Positions 12,944 to 25,119 of a stretch of DNA of 64,000 nucleotides are shown in pieces. Below the pieces are notes generated by a model. The model was not told the origin of the DNA and searched no databases. It saw only the letters and a list, made by a program, of their open reading frames with translations. Positions within the stretch are counted from its first letter, which is position 1, and each line of letters begins with the position of its first letter. The translations under genes and the position numbers were made by a program. Source of the DNA: Sphyrna mokarran (Eukaryota); the NCBI GenBank assembly GCA_024679065.1, contig JAGIQG010000009.1, positions 85,932,001 to 85,996,000 on the forward strand. The letters are read 5' to 3'.

Positions 12944-13117
12944 ATGATACGGAGATGCCGTCTTTGGACTGGGATAAATGCAGTAAGAAGTCTCACAACA
13001 CCAAGTTAAAGTCCAACAGATTTATTTGGTAGCAAGCGCCACTAGCTTTCGGAGCACTTGCTGGCCCTTCATCAAGTGAGTGGGAATTCTGTTCACAAAC
13101 AGGGCATATATAGACAC
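12944..13117 (-). mobile_element. Penelope-like pLTR fragment inserted in the MHC promoter
   Basis: Homologous to 40163-40290 and 57575-57740; minus-strand hammerhead remnant cac-TTGATGA...GAAA-gcta-gtg at 13040-13078. Confidence 0.8.
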
Positions 13118-13184
13118 AACCTCTAGTTATGGTTATGTTCTACCCAGAGACTGCTGAGTCACAGTCTCCTTGTATTCTCATTGG
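13118..13184 (+). promoter_or_regulatory. MHC S-X1-X2-Y promoter module
   Basis: X1 CCCAGAGACTGCTG (13143-13156) overlaps X2 TGAGTCA (13155-13161). Y box CTCATTGG (13177-13184) lies 20 nt after X1. S-like AACCT at 13118-13122. Confidence 0.75.
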
Positions 13185-13259
13185 ACAGTCCTTTGCCATT
13201 GAACGAATCAGCAGCATGAATGTTGGATACAGAGAGTGACTGGGGTGTGAACAAGGAAG

Positions 13260-13305
13260 ATGAGGTTAATTCTGCTGGTGACTCTGTGGGGAGGTCTCTC
13301 TGAAG
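13260..13305 (+). pseudogene. MHC class I exon 1 (signal peptide)
   Basis: gaagATG then MRLILLVTLWGGLSE-G|gtgagc. The phase-1 donor joins the alpha1 exon as GCC (Ala). It lies about 75 bp downstream of a Y box. Confidence 0.85.
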
Positions 13306-14059
13306 GTGAGCTGTTTTCTGGGTCATAAAGTTGGTAGTCTCAGCAGTGCTCGCAGGAGAGGTGGTTATTGCGAGGGAGGCAGGGAGCCTGCAAGAGGGAA
13401 TGAAAGGCAATGTTTAAATGATTAAAGAGCTGAGGGCTGGACACAAACGAGGGGACTGCAAACCTTACTCACAGAGCCCTCTCTTTCCATAATACCCAGA
13501 AAAACAACAGTGTTCTTATTTCCCAGTTTAACTTTTTCAATTCAGGCAATGTTCTTAATTCCTGAAACATTAATGGGCCACTATCAGCATCTTTCTTAGC
13601 CACGAATAAAACCCATACTAATAATTATGGAGGAAAATAGTAGCACATTAATAACTGTGTTCAGCGAAAGGGTTAACAGAGGTAAATCACAAAAACCCAC
13701 ACAATCTTTAACTGCAGGAATGCTGGGCAAGGGCTTTAAATAAGGCATTGAGGAAGGAGTTGATTCTCCGACACAGCTGGGATATTTGAAGATAGTTGAA
13801 AACAATATCCAGTTGATGCAATTAAAAGTCTCATGACGATTGGATATTATAATTAAACAAGTATAAGGTGATTCCAATTCATTTTAAAAACTATGCTAAT
13901 CAATGAACGTGTGTGGATAGAGATAACTCCCAGACAATTTCTTATAAGCTATGCCTAGTATAACTTCTAATTCTGTCTTTTACTCTCGCTTTAACTCTTT
14001 TAAACTCTCTAACAATGCTCTAATTAAATCTTTTACAGATTTGGCAATTGTTAGGACCA

Positions 14060-14250
14060 TGGCAGATTTTTGAATGGACCTACTGTGCATTAAGTTGACC
14101 ATTCTGTACACCCCTAGCTATGGATGTAACATTACATCTACATTCTTTTCTTTCCTCCCCGATGAACGGTTTGCTTTGTCAGTATAACATGCACAAAACA
14201 ATACATTCCACTGTATACTAATGTGTGTAACAAGAATAAATCAAATCAAA
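14060..14250 (+). mobile_element. Rex1/Babar-like 3' UTR fragment
   Basis: Similar to 2110-2280; ends AATAAATCAAATCAAA. Confidence 0.7.
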
Positions 14251-14928
14251 CTTTTATTGGCATATATATGTTAATTATTTGTAATAAATTTGAACTATAA
14301 TTGCTTATATATTTCTGAATTTTTCACTCTGAATAACTTCATTCAGACTCCTATAGCAATAGTCTTTTAACAAATTCATCTTGAAACCAGTCTGTTGTTT
14401 TGTTTTGCTACTTGACAAAGTAGTCAAATAGTGAGAATGAGTTTTAAATAAACAAGAAAACCATTGTGACAGTCCCATAACAACCACCATTTACATTCCC
14501 TTTGTCTTCTTGTCTATCACACTTCTGTCAGTTTCCCCCCATCACCACCTAACACTGGCCCTCTTGTCCAGCTGCCGTATGTTCTAATGCATTCCCCCCT
14601 CACCCTAACAATATAATTATCATCCTGTTCTTCACTGTCTTCACCTCTGAGAAAGGATCATCCACACTCAATGTTGGCTCTATTCTCTCTCTACAATTGC
14701 TGTCAGACCTGCTGAAATTTTCCAACGTTTTCTCTTTTTGTTTTAGGTTCCAACATCTGCAGTATTTTGTTTTTATTTGTACTTCCTCATTTTCCTTCTG
14801 GGTTAGCAGGAAAACAAATCTTAACCAGTGTTTGGGGAAGCAGCAAGAGAATGTGCACTGCAGGAAGTGGAAGCTCCAGCTCTGTGTTGATGTCATTTAC
14901 AGAGGTGGATCCCATTTCCCTATTGCAG

Positions 14929-15176
14929 CCTCCCACTGGTACCGCTATTTTTACACCTTGGTGTCTGGCATCTCGGATTTCCCTGAGTTTGTATCGGTTG
15001 GTTACCTGGCTGATAAGGAGTTGAATTATTATGAGAGTGGGATGAAGGAGGTGGTCCCTCGACACAGAGCGATGGAGCTGACGGCTGATGAGGATTTCTA
15101 CCAGGCCTGCGGAGGTGGCAGCAGATTCACAAAGCCAACATGCAGGCTCTAATGGACCGCACTACCCAGTCTGGCA
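14929..15176 (+). pseudogene. MHC class I alpha1 exon (frameshifted)
   Basis: ttgcag|(A)SHWYRYFYTLVSGISDFPEFVSVGYLADKELNYYESGMKEVVPRHRAMELTADEDF, then in another frame LRRWQQIHKANMQALMDRTTQSG|gtgagc. Length is 248 nt, not a multiple of 3. Confidence 0.92.
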
Positions 15177-15469
15177 GTGAGCATTCCCTCCTCCCTGAGG
15201 GTTGTATCTGGGAATTAGGAAAAAGGCTGACTGTGGGACTTGGCGTAGTGAGTGGATCTTGCGTTCTAGGGATTATCTACACTGAACAGCATTCATCAGG
15301 GAGAGAAAGGGAGCTGGAAAATTTTAAATTCACCTGTCAGATTACCAGTTGGGCTGCAGGAGAATCTTTCAATTCACTAAATGGGATCCGGGGCGAATCA
15401 TTAAATTCACTGATTGGTGCCTTTGCAGAGGTGAGGGCACGGGGCAATCTTTAAATTCACCGAGTGATA

Positions 15470-16281
15470 AAACTTTACAGCATTGAAACAGGTCCTTCAG
15501 CTCAACTTGTCCATGCTGCTCTTTTTTGTAAACCACTAAACTAGTTCCAATTGCCTGTGTTTGGCCCAAATCCCTCTATACCCACGTAACTGTCTAAATG
15601 CTTTTTTAAAAGACAAAATTATACCTACTTTTACTATACCTCTGGCAGCTTGCTCCAGACACTTTCCACCCTCCGTGTGAAAATATGACCTTTTTGGATC
15701 CTTTTGAATCACTCCCCTTTCACCTCAACCTATGCCCTCTAGTTTTAGACTCCCCTACCTTTGGGAAAAGATGTTGACATTCTAGCTGATCTATGCCTAT
15801 CATTATTTTATAGATGTCTATAAGATCACTGCTTAGCTTCTTCCGCTTCAGGAAAAAAGTCCTCGTCTATCCAGCCTCTCCTTATAACTTGAACCATCAG
15901 GTTCCGAGAACATCAAAGTAAATCTTTTCTGCATGCTCTCTGGTTTAATATAAACCAAAACTATACATACTATTCCAAGTGTGGCCTTACTAATGTCTTG
16001 TTGAACTTCAACAAGATGTCTCAACTCCTGCATTCAATGTTGTGACCGATGAAACCAAGCATGCGAATGCTTCCTTCACCACTCTATCTACCTGTGATTC
16101 CACCTTCAAGGATGTATGAAACTGTACCCCTATATCTCTTTGTTCTATAACTCTCCCCAATGTCTGCCCTTGTTCGATTTACCAAAATGCATCACCTCAC
16201 ATTTGTCTAAATTAAATTCCACTTGCCACTCATTGGCCCATTGACCCAATTGATTACGGTTCCGTTGCAATCCCAGATAAC
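15470..16281 (-). mobile_element. Old CR1 3' region
   Basis: Decayed ORF2 C-terminus (15848-16033). Confidence 0.75.
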
Positions 16282-17180
16282 ATTCATAGAACATAGAACA
16301 CTACAGCACAAACAGGCCCTTCGGCCCACGAGTTGCGCCAATCACAACTATACCTACCCAGCCATAGACGTATCTATAATCCCCTATCCCATTAGTTCCC
16401 GTGTACTCATCCAGAAGACCCCAGCGAGTTCGCCTCTACCACCACCGACGGCAGCCGATTCCATTCACATACCACCCTCTGAGTGAAAAACTTACCCCTA
16501 ACATCTCCTCTGTATTTGCTTCCCTGCACCTTAAATCTGTGTCCTCCAGTAGCGACCATTTCAGCCTGGGGAAATAGCCTCTGAGAATCCACCCTATTTA
16601 TTCCTCTCAACATTTTATAAACCTTTATCAGGTCGCTTCTCAACCTTTGTCTCTCCGGGGGAAGAGTCCCAGCTCCCTCAACCTATCTTCACAAGGCCTG
16701 CCTCCCAATCTAGGCAGCACCCTTGTAAATCTCCTCTGCACTCTTTCAATAGCTTCCATATCCTCCCTATAGTGAGGCGACCAGAACTGCACACAGTATT
16801 CCAAGTGGGGTCTGACAAGTGTCTTATAAAGCTGCATCATTACCTCCCGACTCCTAAACTCAATTCCTCGATTCATGAAGGCTAGCACACCATACGTCTT
16901 CTTGACCACATCCTCCACCTGCGAGGCTGATTAAGAGTCCTATGGACACGGACCCCAAGATCCTTCTGCTCCTCAACACAGCTAAGACTCCTACCCTTGA
17001 TATTGTATTCCTTCATCCCATTATTCCTGCCAAAATGGACTACTACACATTTATCTGTGTTGAAGTCCATCTGCCACTTCTCCGCCCAGTCTTGCATCCT
17101 GTCTATGAGCCGCTGCAACTTTTGACATCCCTCCAGACCATCCACAACACAACCAACCTTTGTATCATTGGCAAAATTCT
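16282..17180 (-). mobile_element. CR1 3' fragment of the 58.4-60.2 kb subfamily, nested in an older CR1
   Basis: Frameshifted ORFs 16407-17199 match the C-terminus of the 546-aa ORF. Confidence 0.93.
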
Positions 17181-17499
17181 TTGCTGTCCCCTGTGTCACT
17201 CATCTTGGTTGCATCTTCAAACTTAGTAACTATGCCTCCTAAATTCTCAATAAATCATTAATATAAATGACAAATAATAGTGGACCAGCACTAATCCCTG
17301 AGGCACACCGCTGGTCACAGGCCTCCAGTTTGAAAAACAATCCTCTACAACCATCCTCTGTCTTCTGTCATCAAGCTGATTGGAATCCAGGGTGTATCTA
17401 AATTTACCAATGGGGTTCCAGGCAGAACCTTTAAATTCACCGATCAGTATATGGGGAACGCTAATGAGTGAAATTATAGCTCTGAGCAACAGTCTAGGG

Positions 17500-20400
17500 T
17501 CAAAGATTGTGGAGTTGATTTGAATGGAAGTTGCAAATGCCAAAGGAAGGAGAGAGTGGTAGGAGTGTTGCAAAAGCTGCCAAAAAGTAGCCACACTGTA
17601 GGAAAAAGTTTAAAATCAAGAAATAAAAGATGCATAAAAATAGAGCACTGCATTAATCATGGGCAACTTTAATTTTCATATAGATTGATCTAATCAAATT
17701 GAAATGCAGGCAAGAGAATCAATTCATAGAGTGCATTCAACATTTTGTTTTGGAACAATATGTTATGGAGAAAACTAGGGATCAGGCTGTTTTGGAACTG
17801 GAAATGAGGTAGGTTTGATAAATGATCTCAAGATTAACAATCCCTTAGGAAATAGTGATCACAGTATGATGGAATTTAGCATTCAGCTTGAGTGTGAGTA
17901 AATTAGGACTGAAATATCAGCTTTAAACTTAGAAAAGGGAAATTATTAAGACATGAGTGTTGAATTAGCCTAAGTGAATTAGTTATTATAGATTAGCAGA
18001 GAAGCCAATAGATCAGTGGCTGACATGTGGGGGAGATAATTCATGACACCTCGCAAAAATACATTGCAATGAGGAGGAATGACTCAAAAGGGTTTAAAAA
18101 AAAAACCTACTGTAAATAACCGGGGAAGTTAAGGAGGACTGTAAGTTGAAAGTAGAAACATATAAGCTGGAAAAGGTTAGTGGTAGCCCAGAAGAGTGGG
18201 ATAGATTCGGAATGTAGTAAATATGGAGTAAAAAGAAGTCAGGAGAGAAAAATAAACCATGAAGGCAGCTATGAAAATGATCAAAACAGATGAGTTTTTT
18301 TTCACATGTATTAAAAGGAAGGCAAAAATAAAAGAAAGTATTGGCTCCTTAGAGAATGAAACTGGATAAGTAGTTAAGAGAAACAAAGAAATGGCAGGGA
18401 AGTTAAATAGATATTTTGCATTGGTTTTTTGCTGTAGAGGATACTATAAGCACCCCAGAAATAGAAAAAAATATATAGGGGGGGAATTAAGTATAATCAC
18501 CATCATCAGATAAATAGTTTTAGGCAAACTCATGAGATTAAATGCTGACAAGCCCCCGTACCTGATGGTTTGTACCTCAGGTTCTAAAAAGAGGTGGCTA
18601 CAGAATTTGTTTTTTAGAGCAAGCAAGGAATGAATTTGTGTTTGCCTGGTCCATTCTGAGCATAGACTTTGTAACTTTAAGGATGGAATAAAATTATTTT
18701 TAAAAAAGGATACAGCTACAGAGATCATGATGCGTTGGTAGTCATTTTCCAACATTCCTTGAAATGTAGAACAGTGTGGAAGGATTGGAAAATTGCCCAT
18801 TTGGTCCTCATGTTCAAAAAGGAAAGAGCCAAAATGCAGGAAACTACAGGTCAGTTAGTCTAAGTTCACTATTTGGAAAAATATTAGAATTGATTAAGAA
18901 CAGAATAGCCATGCATTTGCAATGTTATAATCTGATCAAGCAGAGTTAGCATAGTTCCATGAAGGGGAAATCATGCTTGACAAAATTATTAGAGTTCTTT
19001 GAGGTATATCAGCCAGAATAGTTTGAGGAGAATCAGTCGATTTTGCATCTTTAAATTTTCAAAAGGCATTTGATGGGCTGCCGTAAAAAGGCTACCATGC
19101 AAGATAGGCATTGCTTATGGCGTTGGAGGGAGGTAACCAGTGAAATGCCACGGGGATTAGTGCTAAGACTGCAGTTCTTCACAATATATATTAATGATTT
19201 GAAGGACAGAACAGAGTGTACTATGGTTAAATTTGCAGATCATTCAAAGGCAGGTTGTAAAGAGGATGGTTACAGACAGATATTGATAGGTTAAGTGAGT
19301 GGGCACAAAATTGGCAAATGAACATCAATGTGTGAAAATTGACTATTCATTCTGGAAGAAAAAATATGAAGGAGGATTATTACATAAATTGAGAGAAACT
19401 GCAGAAAGCTGTAGCACAAAGGGACGTGGCAGCACAGTGGTTAGCACTGCTGCTTCACAGTCCCAGGAAGCCGGGTTCAATTCCAGTCGCAAGTAACTGC
19501 CTGTGTGGAGTTTGCTTATTCTCCCTGTGTCTGCGTAGGTTTCCCCTGGTGCTCCAGTTTCCTCTCACAGGCCAAAGATGTGCGGATTAGGTGGATTGGC
19601 CATGCTAAATTATCCTTTAATGTCAGGGGGTACTAGAGTAAAGTAAATACATGGGGTTATGGGAATAGAGCCTGTGTGGGATTATGGTTGATGCAAATTT
19701 GATGGGCCTCCTTTTGCATTGTAGGATTCAATGATTCTAGATGTTGCTACAACTGTACAATGTACTAGTGAGACCACATTTAGAATAATGTTTACAGTTT
19801 TGGTTCCCTCATTTAAAGAAATATGTATTATCAATGGAGGTAGTAGAGAGGAGGTTTACTAGGGATGGTCCTGGAGTGACAGTCATTTGAGGAAAGGTTA
19901 AACAGGTCAGCTCTGTAATCCTTGAAGTTCAGAAGAATAAGAAGTGATTTGATTAAAACAAAATTAAAACACTTGGCAAATGTTAGATCAGCTTTGGCCT
20001 TATGGTGGAGCAGGCTCGTAGGGCTAAATAGCCTATTCCAGTTCCTATTTCTATTACAAGATTTTTAGAGAGCTAGACAGGTAAATGTTGGGAGAATGTT
20101 TCCACTAAGGGAGAGCGTAAGACCGGAGGACATAGTCACAGAATTAGAGAGCACTGGTTTAAGAAGGATTTGAAGGAGAATTACTTCTCTCAAAATTTTG
20201 GAATTCTTTACCCCATGGAGCTATGGAGTCCTTGAACATTTTCAAGGCTGAAATCAGTAGAGTTTTAATCAAATGGGGAATTCAGCGTTATGAAAATAAG
20301 GCGGGAAAGTGGACTTGGCAAATGTTAGATCAGCTTTGGCCTTATGGTGGAGCAGGCTCGTAGGGCTAAATAGCCTATTCCAGTTCCTATTTCTCATGAT
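17500..20400 (+). mobile_element. Old, heavily decayed CR1 in MHC intron 2, interrupted by a SINE
   Basis: Endonuclease-to-RT remnants (IIMGNFN, NSDH, GNYR, KFAD) and a CR1 tail at about 20320-20400. Confidence 0.8.
19422..19740 (+). mobile_element. HE1-type SINE
   Basis: Same head, V-domain and CR1-type tail as 3468-3815. Confidence 0.88.
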
Positions 20401-20452
20401 CTCAATTCACTGAGTTCTCCTGTTCTCTGGCTGTGCTTTTGTGATTGACAAG

Positions 20453-20708
20453 GATCCACATCTATCAGCTGTGAGCTGCGAAAGGATGGCAGTACTGGCC
20501 TAGGATTTATTCAGCATGGCTGGGATGAAAGCGATTTCATGAGCTTTGACAAGGAACACAAGGTGTAGGTCACCCCACTGATGTGGGCACTGATGAGCAA
20601 GCAGAAATGGGATCAGAATAAAGCCTTTAATCAGCAAGAGAAGAGTTATCTGGAGGGAACATATATTGAGTGGCGGAAAAAGTACCTGCAGTATGGAAAG
20701 AGAGATCT
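20453..20708 (+). pseudogene. MHC class I alpha2 exon, main part (disabled, interrupted by CR1)
   Basis: IHIYQ (out of frame), then CELRKDGSTGLGFIQHGWDESDFMSFDKEHKV*VTPLMWALMSKQKWDQNKAFNQQEKSYLEGTYIEWRKKYLQYGKRDL. TAG at 20566-20568. The second Cys is replaced by Tyr. Confidence 0.92.
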
Positions 20709-22176
20709 TCAGGTTGTCGTTGGTTACAGGTATAGTGCCGGAAGACTGGAGGATAGCAAATGCTGTCCCATTGTTCAAGAAGGGGAATAGAGACTATCCT
20801 GGGAATTATAGACCGGTGAGTCTTACTTCTGTTGTGGGCAAAGTTTTGGAAAGAATTATTAGGGATAGGATTTATAGTTATTTAGAGAGAAATGAATTGA
20901 TTGGGGATAGTCAGCATGGTTTTGTGAAGGGTAGGTCGTGCCTTACTAACCTTATTGAGTTTTTTGAAAAAGTGACCAAAGAGGTGGATGGGGGTAAGGC
21001 AGTTGACGTGGTATACATGGACTTTAGTAAGGCGTTCGATAAGGTTCCCCATGGAAGGCTTCTGCAGAAAATGCAGATGTATGGGATTGAGGGTGATTTA
21101 GCTAATTGGATTAGGAATTGGCTAGCTGATAGAAGACAGAGGGTGGTGGTTGATGGAATTATTCATCATGGAGTTCAGTTACAAGTGGTGTACCTCAGGG
21201 ATCTGTTTTGGGGCCCCTGCTGTTTGTAATTTTTATAAATGATCTGGATGAGGGTATTGAAGGATGGATTAGTAAATTTGCTGATGACACCAAAGTCGGA
21301 GGAGTTGTAGATAGTGAAGAGAGGTGTTATAGTTTGCAGAGAGACTTAGACAAGTTGCAGAGCTGGGCCGAGAGGTGGCAAATGGAGTTTAATGTGGAAA
21401 AGTGTGAGGTAATTCACTTTGGCAGAAATAACAAATGTATAGAGTATAGGGCTAATGGTAGGACTCTTAATAGTGTTGACGAACAGAGGGATCTTGGTGT
21501 ATATGTGCATAGATCCCTGAAAGTTGGCACTCAAGTTGATAAGGTTGTTAAGAAGACACACGGAGTCTTGGCTTTTATTGGTAGGAGGATTGAATTTCGG
21601 ATCCGCAATGTCATTTTTGCAACTGTACAAAACTCTGGTGCGGCTGCAGTTGGAGTATTGTGTACAGTTCTGGTTGCCACATTATAAGGAAGATGCGGAG
21701 GCATTGGAGAGGGTGCAGAGGAGGTTTACCAGGATGTTGCCTGGTATGGAGGGAAGGTCTTATGAGGAAAGGCTGAGGGATTTGAGGTTATTTTCATTAG
21801 AGAGAAGGCAGCTAAGAGTGACCTTATTGAGGCATATCAGATGATCAGAGGATTAGACAGGGTGGACAGTGATAGCCTTTTTCCTTGGATGGAGAAGACT
21901 AGCACGAGGAGACATAGCTGTAAATTAAGGGGTGGTAGTTATAGGACAGATGTCAGAGGTAGGTTCTTTACCCAGAGGGTGGTGAGGGCATGGAATGCCC
22001 TGCCTGCAGCAGTTGTAGATGCGCCAAGTTTGGGGACGTTTAAGTGGTCAGTGGATAGGTTTATGGATGAAAAGGGAATGGTTTAGGTTAGAGGTTCATT
22101 GCTTTTTCTTAATTGGTCGGTGCAACATCGAGGGCCGAAGGGCCTGTTCTGTGCTGTAATGCTCTATGTTCTATCT
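20705..22176 (+). mobile_element. 5'-truncated CR1 LINE inserted in the MHC alpha2 exon
   Basis: Frameshifted RT ORFs 20666-22086; closely related to the 4584-5930 copy; CR1 hairpin and tail. Confidence 0.96.
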
Positions 22177-22190
22177 ATGACCCAGTAAGT
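22177..22190 (+). pseudogene. Displaced 3' end and splice donor of the alpha2 exon
   Basis: ATGACCCA|gtaagt directly follows the CR1 tail. Removing the CR1 restores GAT CTA TGA CCC A|gt (phase 1). Confidence 0.65.
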
Positions 22191-22720
22191 GAGAGAGAGA
22201 GAGAGAATCAGAGGGGGTGGGAGGGGACGGGTGGTCAGTTGGTGGAGGACAGGGGGGCAGGTAGGGCAAGACAATTAGTGATTGGGGTGTGAGATCAGAG
22301 ACTATGGTGAAGGAGGTCTTTGAGAGAGGAACATAGAACATTACAGCGCAGTACAGGCCCTTCGGCCCTCAATGTTGCACTGACCAATGGAGAAAAAGCA
22401 ATGACCCTCTAAACTAAACCATTCCATTTTCATCCATAAACCTATCCACTGACCACTTAAACGCCCCCAAACTTGGCACATCTACAACTGCTGCAGGCAG
22501 GGCATTCCATGTCCTCACCACCCTCTGGGTAAAGAATAAAGGGGGGCTATGTAGTGTGAGTGGCTGAGAGTTGGTGAGTGACTGGGTCTCAGTCTCAACT
22601 TGAGTGAGTATTCAGTCGTCTGAGCTCCAGTTCTACATCATTCTCTAGGGTCTTGCTTGAAGGGTTACCTATCATTCTCTGACTCTCACTGATTGGTTCT
22701 GATCTGTTTTGCTCTCTCAG

Positions 22721-22993
22721 TTCCTCCTCAAATGTTTCTTTATGTGGACAAGGCATCAGACATTGAACCAGTCCAACTTTCCTGTCTGCTCACGGGATTT
22801 TACCCTCGTGATATTAAAGTCACTCTCCTGAGAAATGGTGCAGTAATCATGGCGACATATTCCATTGGCATCCTGCCCAATCACAATGGCACCTACCAGC
22901 TCCAGAGATGGGCACAAATCAACCCTAAAGATGGAGCCACATATTCCTGTCAGTATGAACAGAGAGAGACAGGAATGGAGACCAGGGACAGGG
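22721..22993 (+). pseudogene. MHC class I alpha3 (Ig C1-set) exon, frame open
   Basis: ctctcag|PPQMFLYVDKASDIEPVQLSCLLTGFYPRDIKVTLLRNG...GILPNHNGTYQLQRWAQINPKDGATYSCQYEQ...G|gtaaga; 273 nt; CxxxGFYP and YSC motifs. Confidence 0.95.
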
Positions 22994-23209
22994 GTAAGAA
23001 CAACAGGAGGGGCGGGGGGATGGGTGTTGGAGGGAAGAAAGGAATACATTGGGTATCACTGACTGTAGTGGCAGGAGACACTGAGAATCAGTGACACTGG
23101 GATGGGGACCACTTTGTTTCAATAAGATAGAAAATGCTATTTAATCAATTCTCATCTCTGCTTTAAATTCTAACAGCCACATATCTGTACATTTGCCAGT
23201 ATGTTTCTC

Positions 23210-23830
23210 ATAGAATCATAGAACCATACAGTTCAGATGAGGCTCTTTGGCCCATTCAGTCCACACCAACATGTTAGAAACACCTGAATTCCCACCTAAT
23301 TCCTCTTGCCAGCACTTGACCATAGTCCTAAATGTTACGATGGGCCAAGTGTTCATCCAGATACTTTTGAAAGGATGTGAGGCTATCTGTTTCTACCACC
23401 TTCCCAGAAAGTGCATTCCAAACTGTCACCACCCTTTGGGAAAAAAGTTTTTCTTCTCTCCACCCCCTCCCACAAACCTTCTGCCTCTCAGCTTGCATCT
23501 CTGACCCTTTGTGACTGACCCTTCAACTAAGCAGAGCAGCTCGAACCATTCTGTCCATGCCCCTTATAATCTTGTATACATTGATCAATTTGCCCCTCAG
23601 TCTTCTCTGCTCTAACAAAAAGAACACAAGTCTATCCAATCTCTTTTCATAACTTACATTTTCTATCCCAGGCAATATCCTAGTGAATCTCCTCTGCATC
23701 CCTTCCAATGCAATCACATCCTTCCTATTATGTGGCAACCAGAACAGTACACAGTACTCCAGCTTTGGTCTAGCAAACTTTGGTACAATTCAACATGACT
23801 TCCCTGCTTTTGTAATCTATGCCTCAATTG
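23210..23830 (-). mobile_element. Old CR1 3' fragment (resumes briefly near 24495)
   Basis: ORF 23523-23738. Confidence 0.8.
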
Positions 23831-23831
23831 G

Positions 23832-24493
23832 TAACGGTATTGTAGATAAAATAATACCTCTGAGACTGTTAGTGAGTCAAAGTACAATGGTTTTTATTTC
23901 AAAGCTCTGGCATTTAATCCAGAGCTTTGGGAGAACTGGTAAGAATGGACTGCCAGATTTCTCATAGAACACAAAGAAAAGTGGGCATTTATTCATAATG
24001 AGCTCCAGCAGTAATCGCGATTCAAAGCTCCAATTCCGGCCAGACCTCCTGGTCTTCCTTCCCTGGTCACGGTTTAGTTTCAGAGTTGAGCAGAGATTAC
24101 TGTCCAGCTGGCAGCATCAGTCATGACACAGGCTCAATCTGGTCACAATTCAAAACCCCTCTGCAGCAATACTGACATCCCTGTCTTTGAAGTTACTTGT
24201 GTGATTGTGGCTGTCCCAACAGGACTCTTCCTGTTAAAAGCCGGTATCGTAAACTACCATCTGTGTAACAGTGTCCAACTAACACAAATAGGTAAGATTT
24301 GCAAAGTCTACAAAATGACAGCCACATTAAACCATCTGTCTTTATAAAAATGAGAGTTAAAGCATGTAAGATACGAACAAATAACTTATATTAATGCCAG
24401 GAGCAGTATAAGCTAAAGGAGATCAGCCATGAGGAAGGGTTATGTTTGTGACATATTCTAGGTGCAAAATGCATTAACCCTTTCCCTACTTCA
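23832..24493 (-). mobile_element. Unclassified LTR-like insertion within an old CR1
   Basis: CR1 sequence stops at about 23831 and resumes at about 24494; minus-strand AATAAA near 23895. Confidence 0.45.
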
Positions 24494-25119
24494 AAGGTAA
24501 ATGTCCCATATGCCTTTTCCACGACCCTATATCCTCCTGATCTCCATTTACAAATGCATTAAACATTTGAAATCGTTCCAACTAAACTTAAGTCCAGGAC
24601 ATTAATATAAATCAAATGGAGATGTGTTTCAATCACTGACCTATGAGGAACACCACCTCTCTCCAATCTGAAGATCCCTAGTGGCTTCAGGGAGGGAGAT
24701 GTGCTCCCTGACTGGATCAGGAGTTCACAGACATAGCTAGATAGCACAACTAATACAAATCTATATCTTGGGTGTTGAAACACAGGATCGCTTGCAGAGT
24801 GAGATTTAATTTGGAGATGCTAAAGCAAAGAATAATTAAAGACTAAAGATTTGGCAAATTGTCTAGAAATTAACAGTGGATTTATATTAATATTTAGCAG
24901 ATCGTGCCTATACATTAATTTGGCAGGTATTAATGTGTACGCTAGAACTATTGAAACTGGAATTCTGCTATCTCCCTCCATTGTATATGACCTCTGGGAA
25001 AATGTATTTCAACAGAGTGGGGTATAAAAGTCACACTATAAGAACTCTTTCTCCACAGAGAGATCTCTTTCTGAAGGTTCACGTCTCTCACTCCAACTCT
25101 ATTAAAGTCTGCTGTACAT

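Noticed and set aside
12937-13160. ATGTTCTA...CTAGTTATGGTT as a split leader exon
   Set aside because: It has no donor site, the region is better explained as promoter boxes, and a proper leader lies at 13260-13305.
24123-24347. Hydrophobic ORF with a good donor (g|gtaaga at 24291) as the MHC TM exon
   Set aside because: There is no phase-compatible acceptor, it lies inside an insertion that interrupts a CR1, and a much better TM exon exists at 31658-31801.
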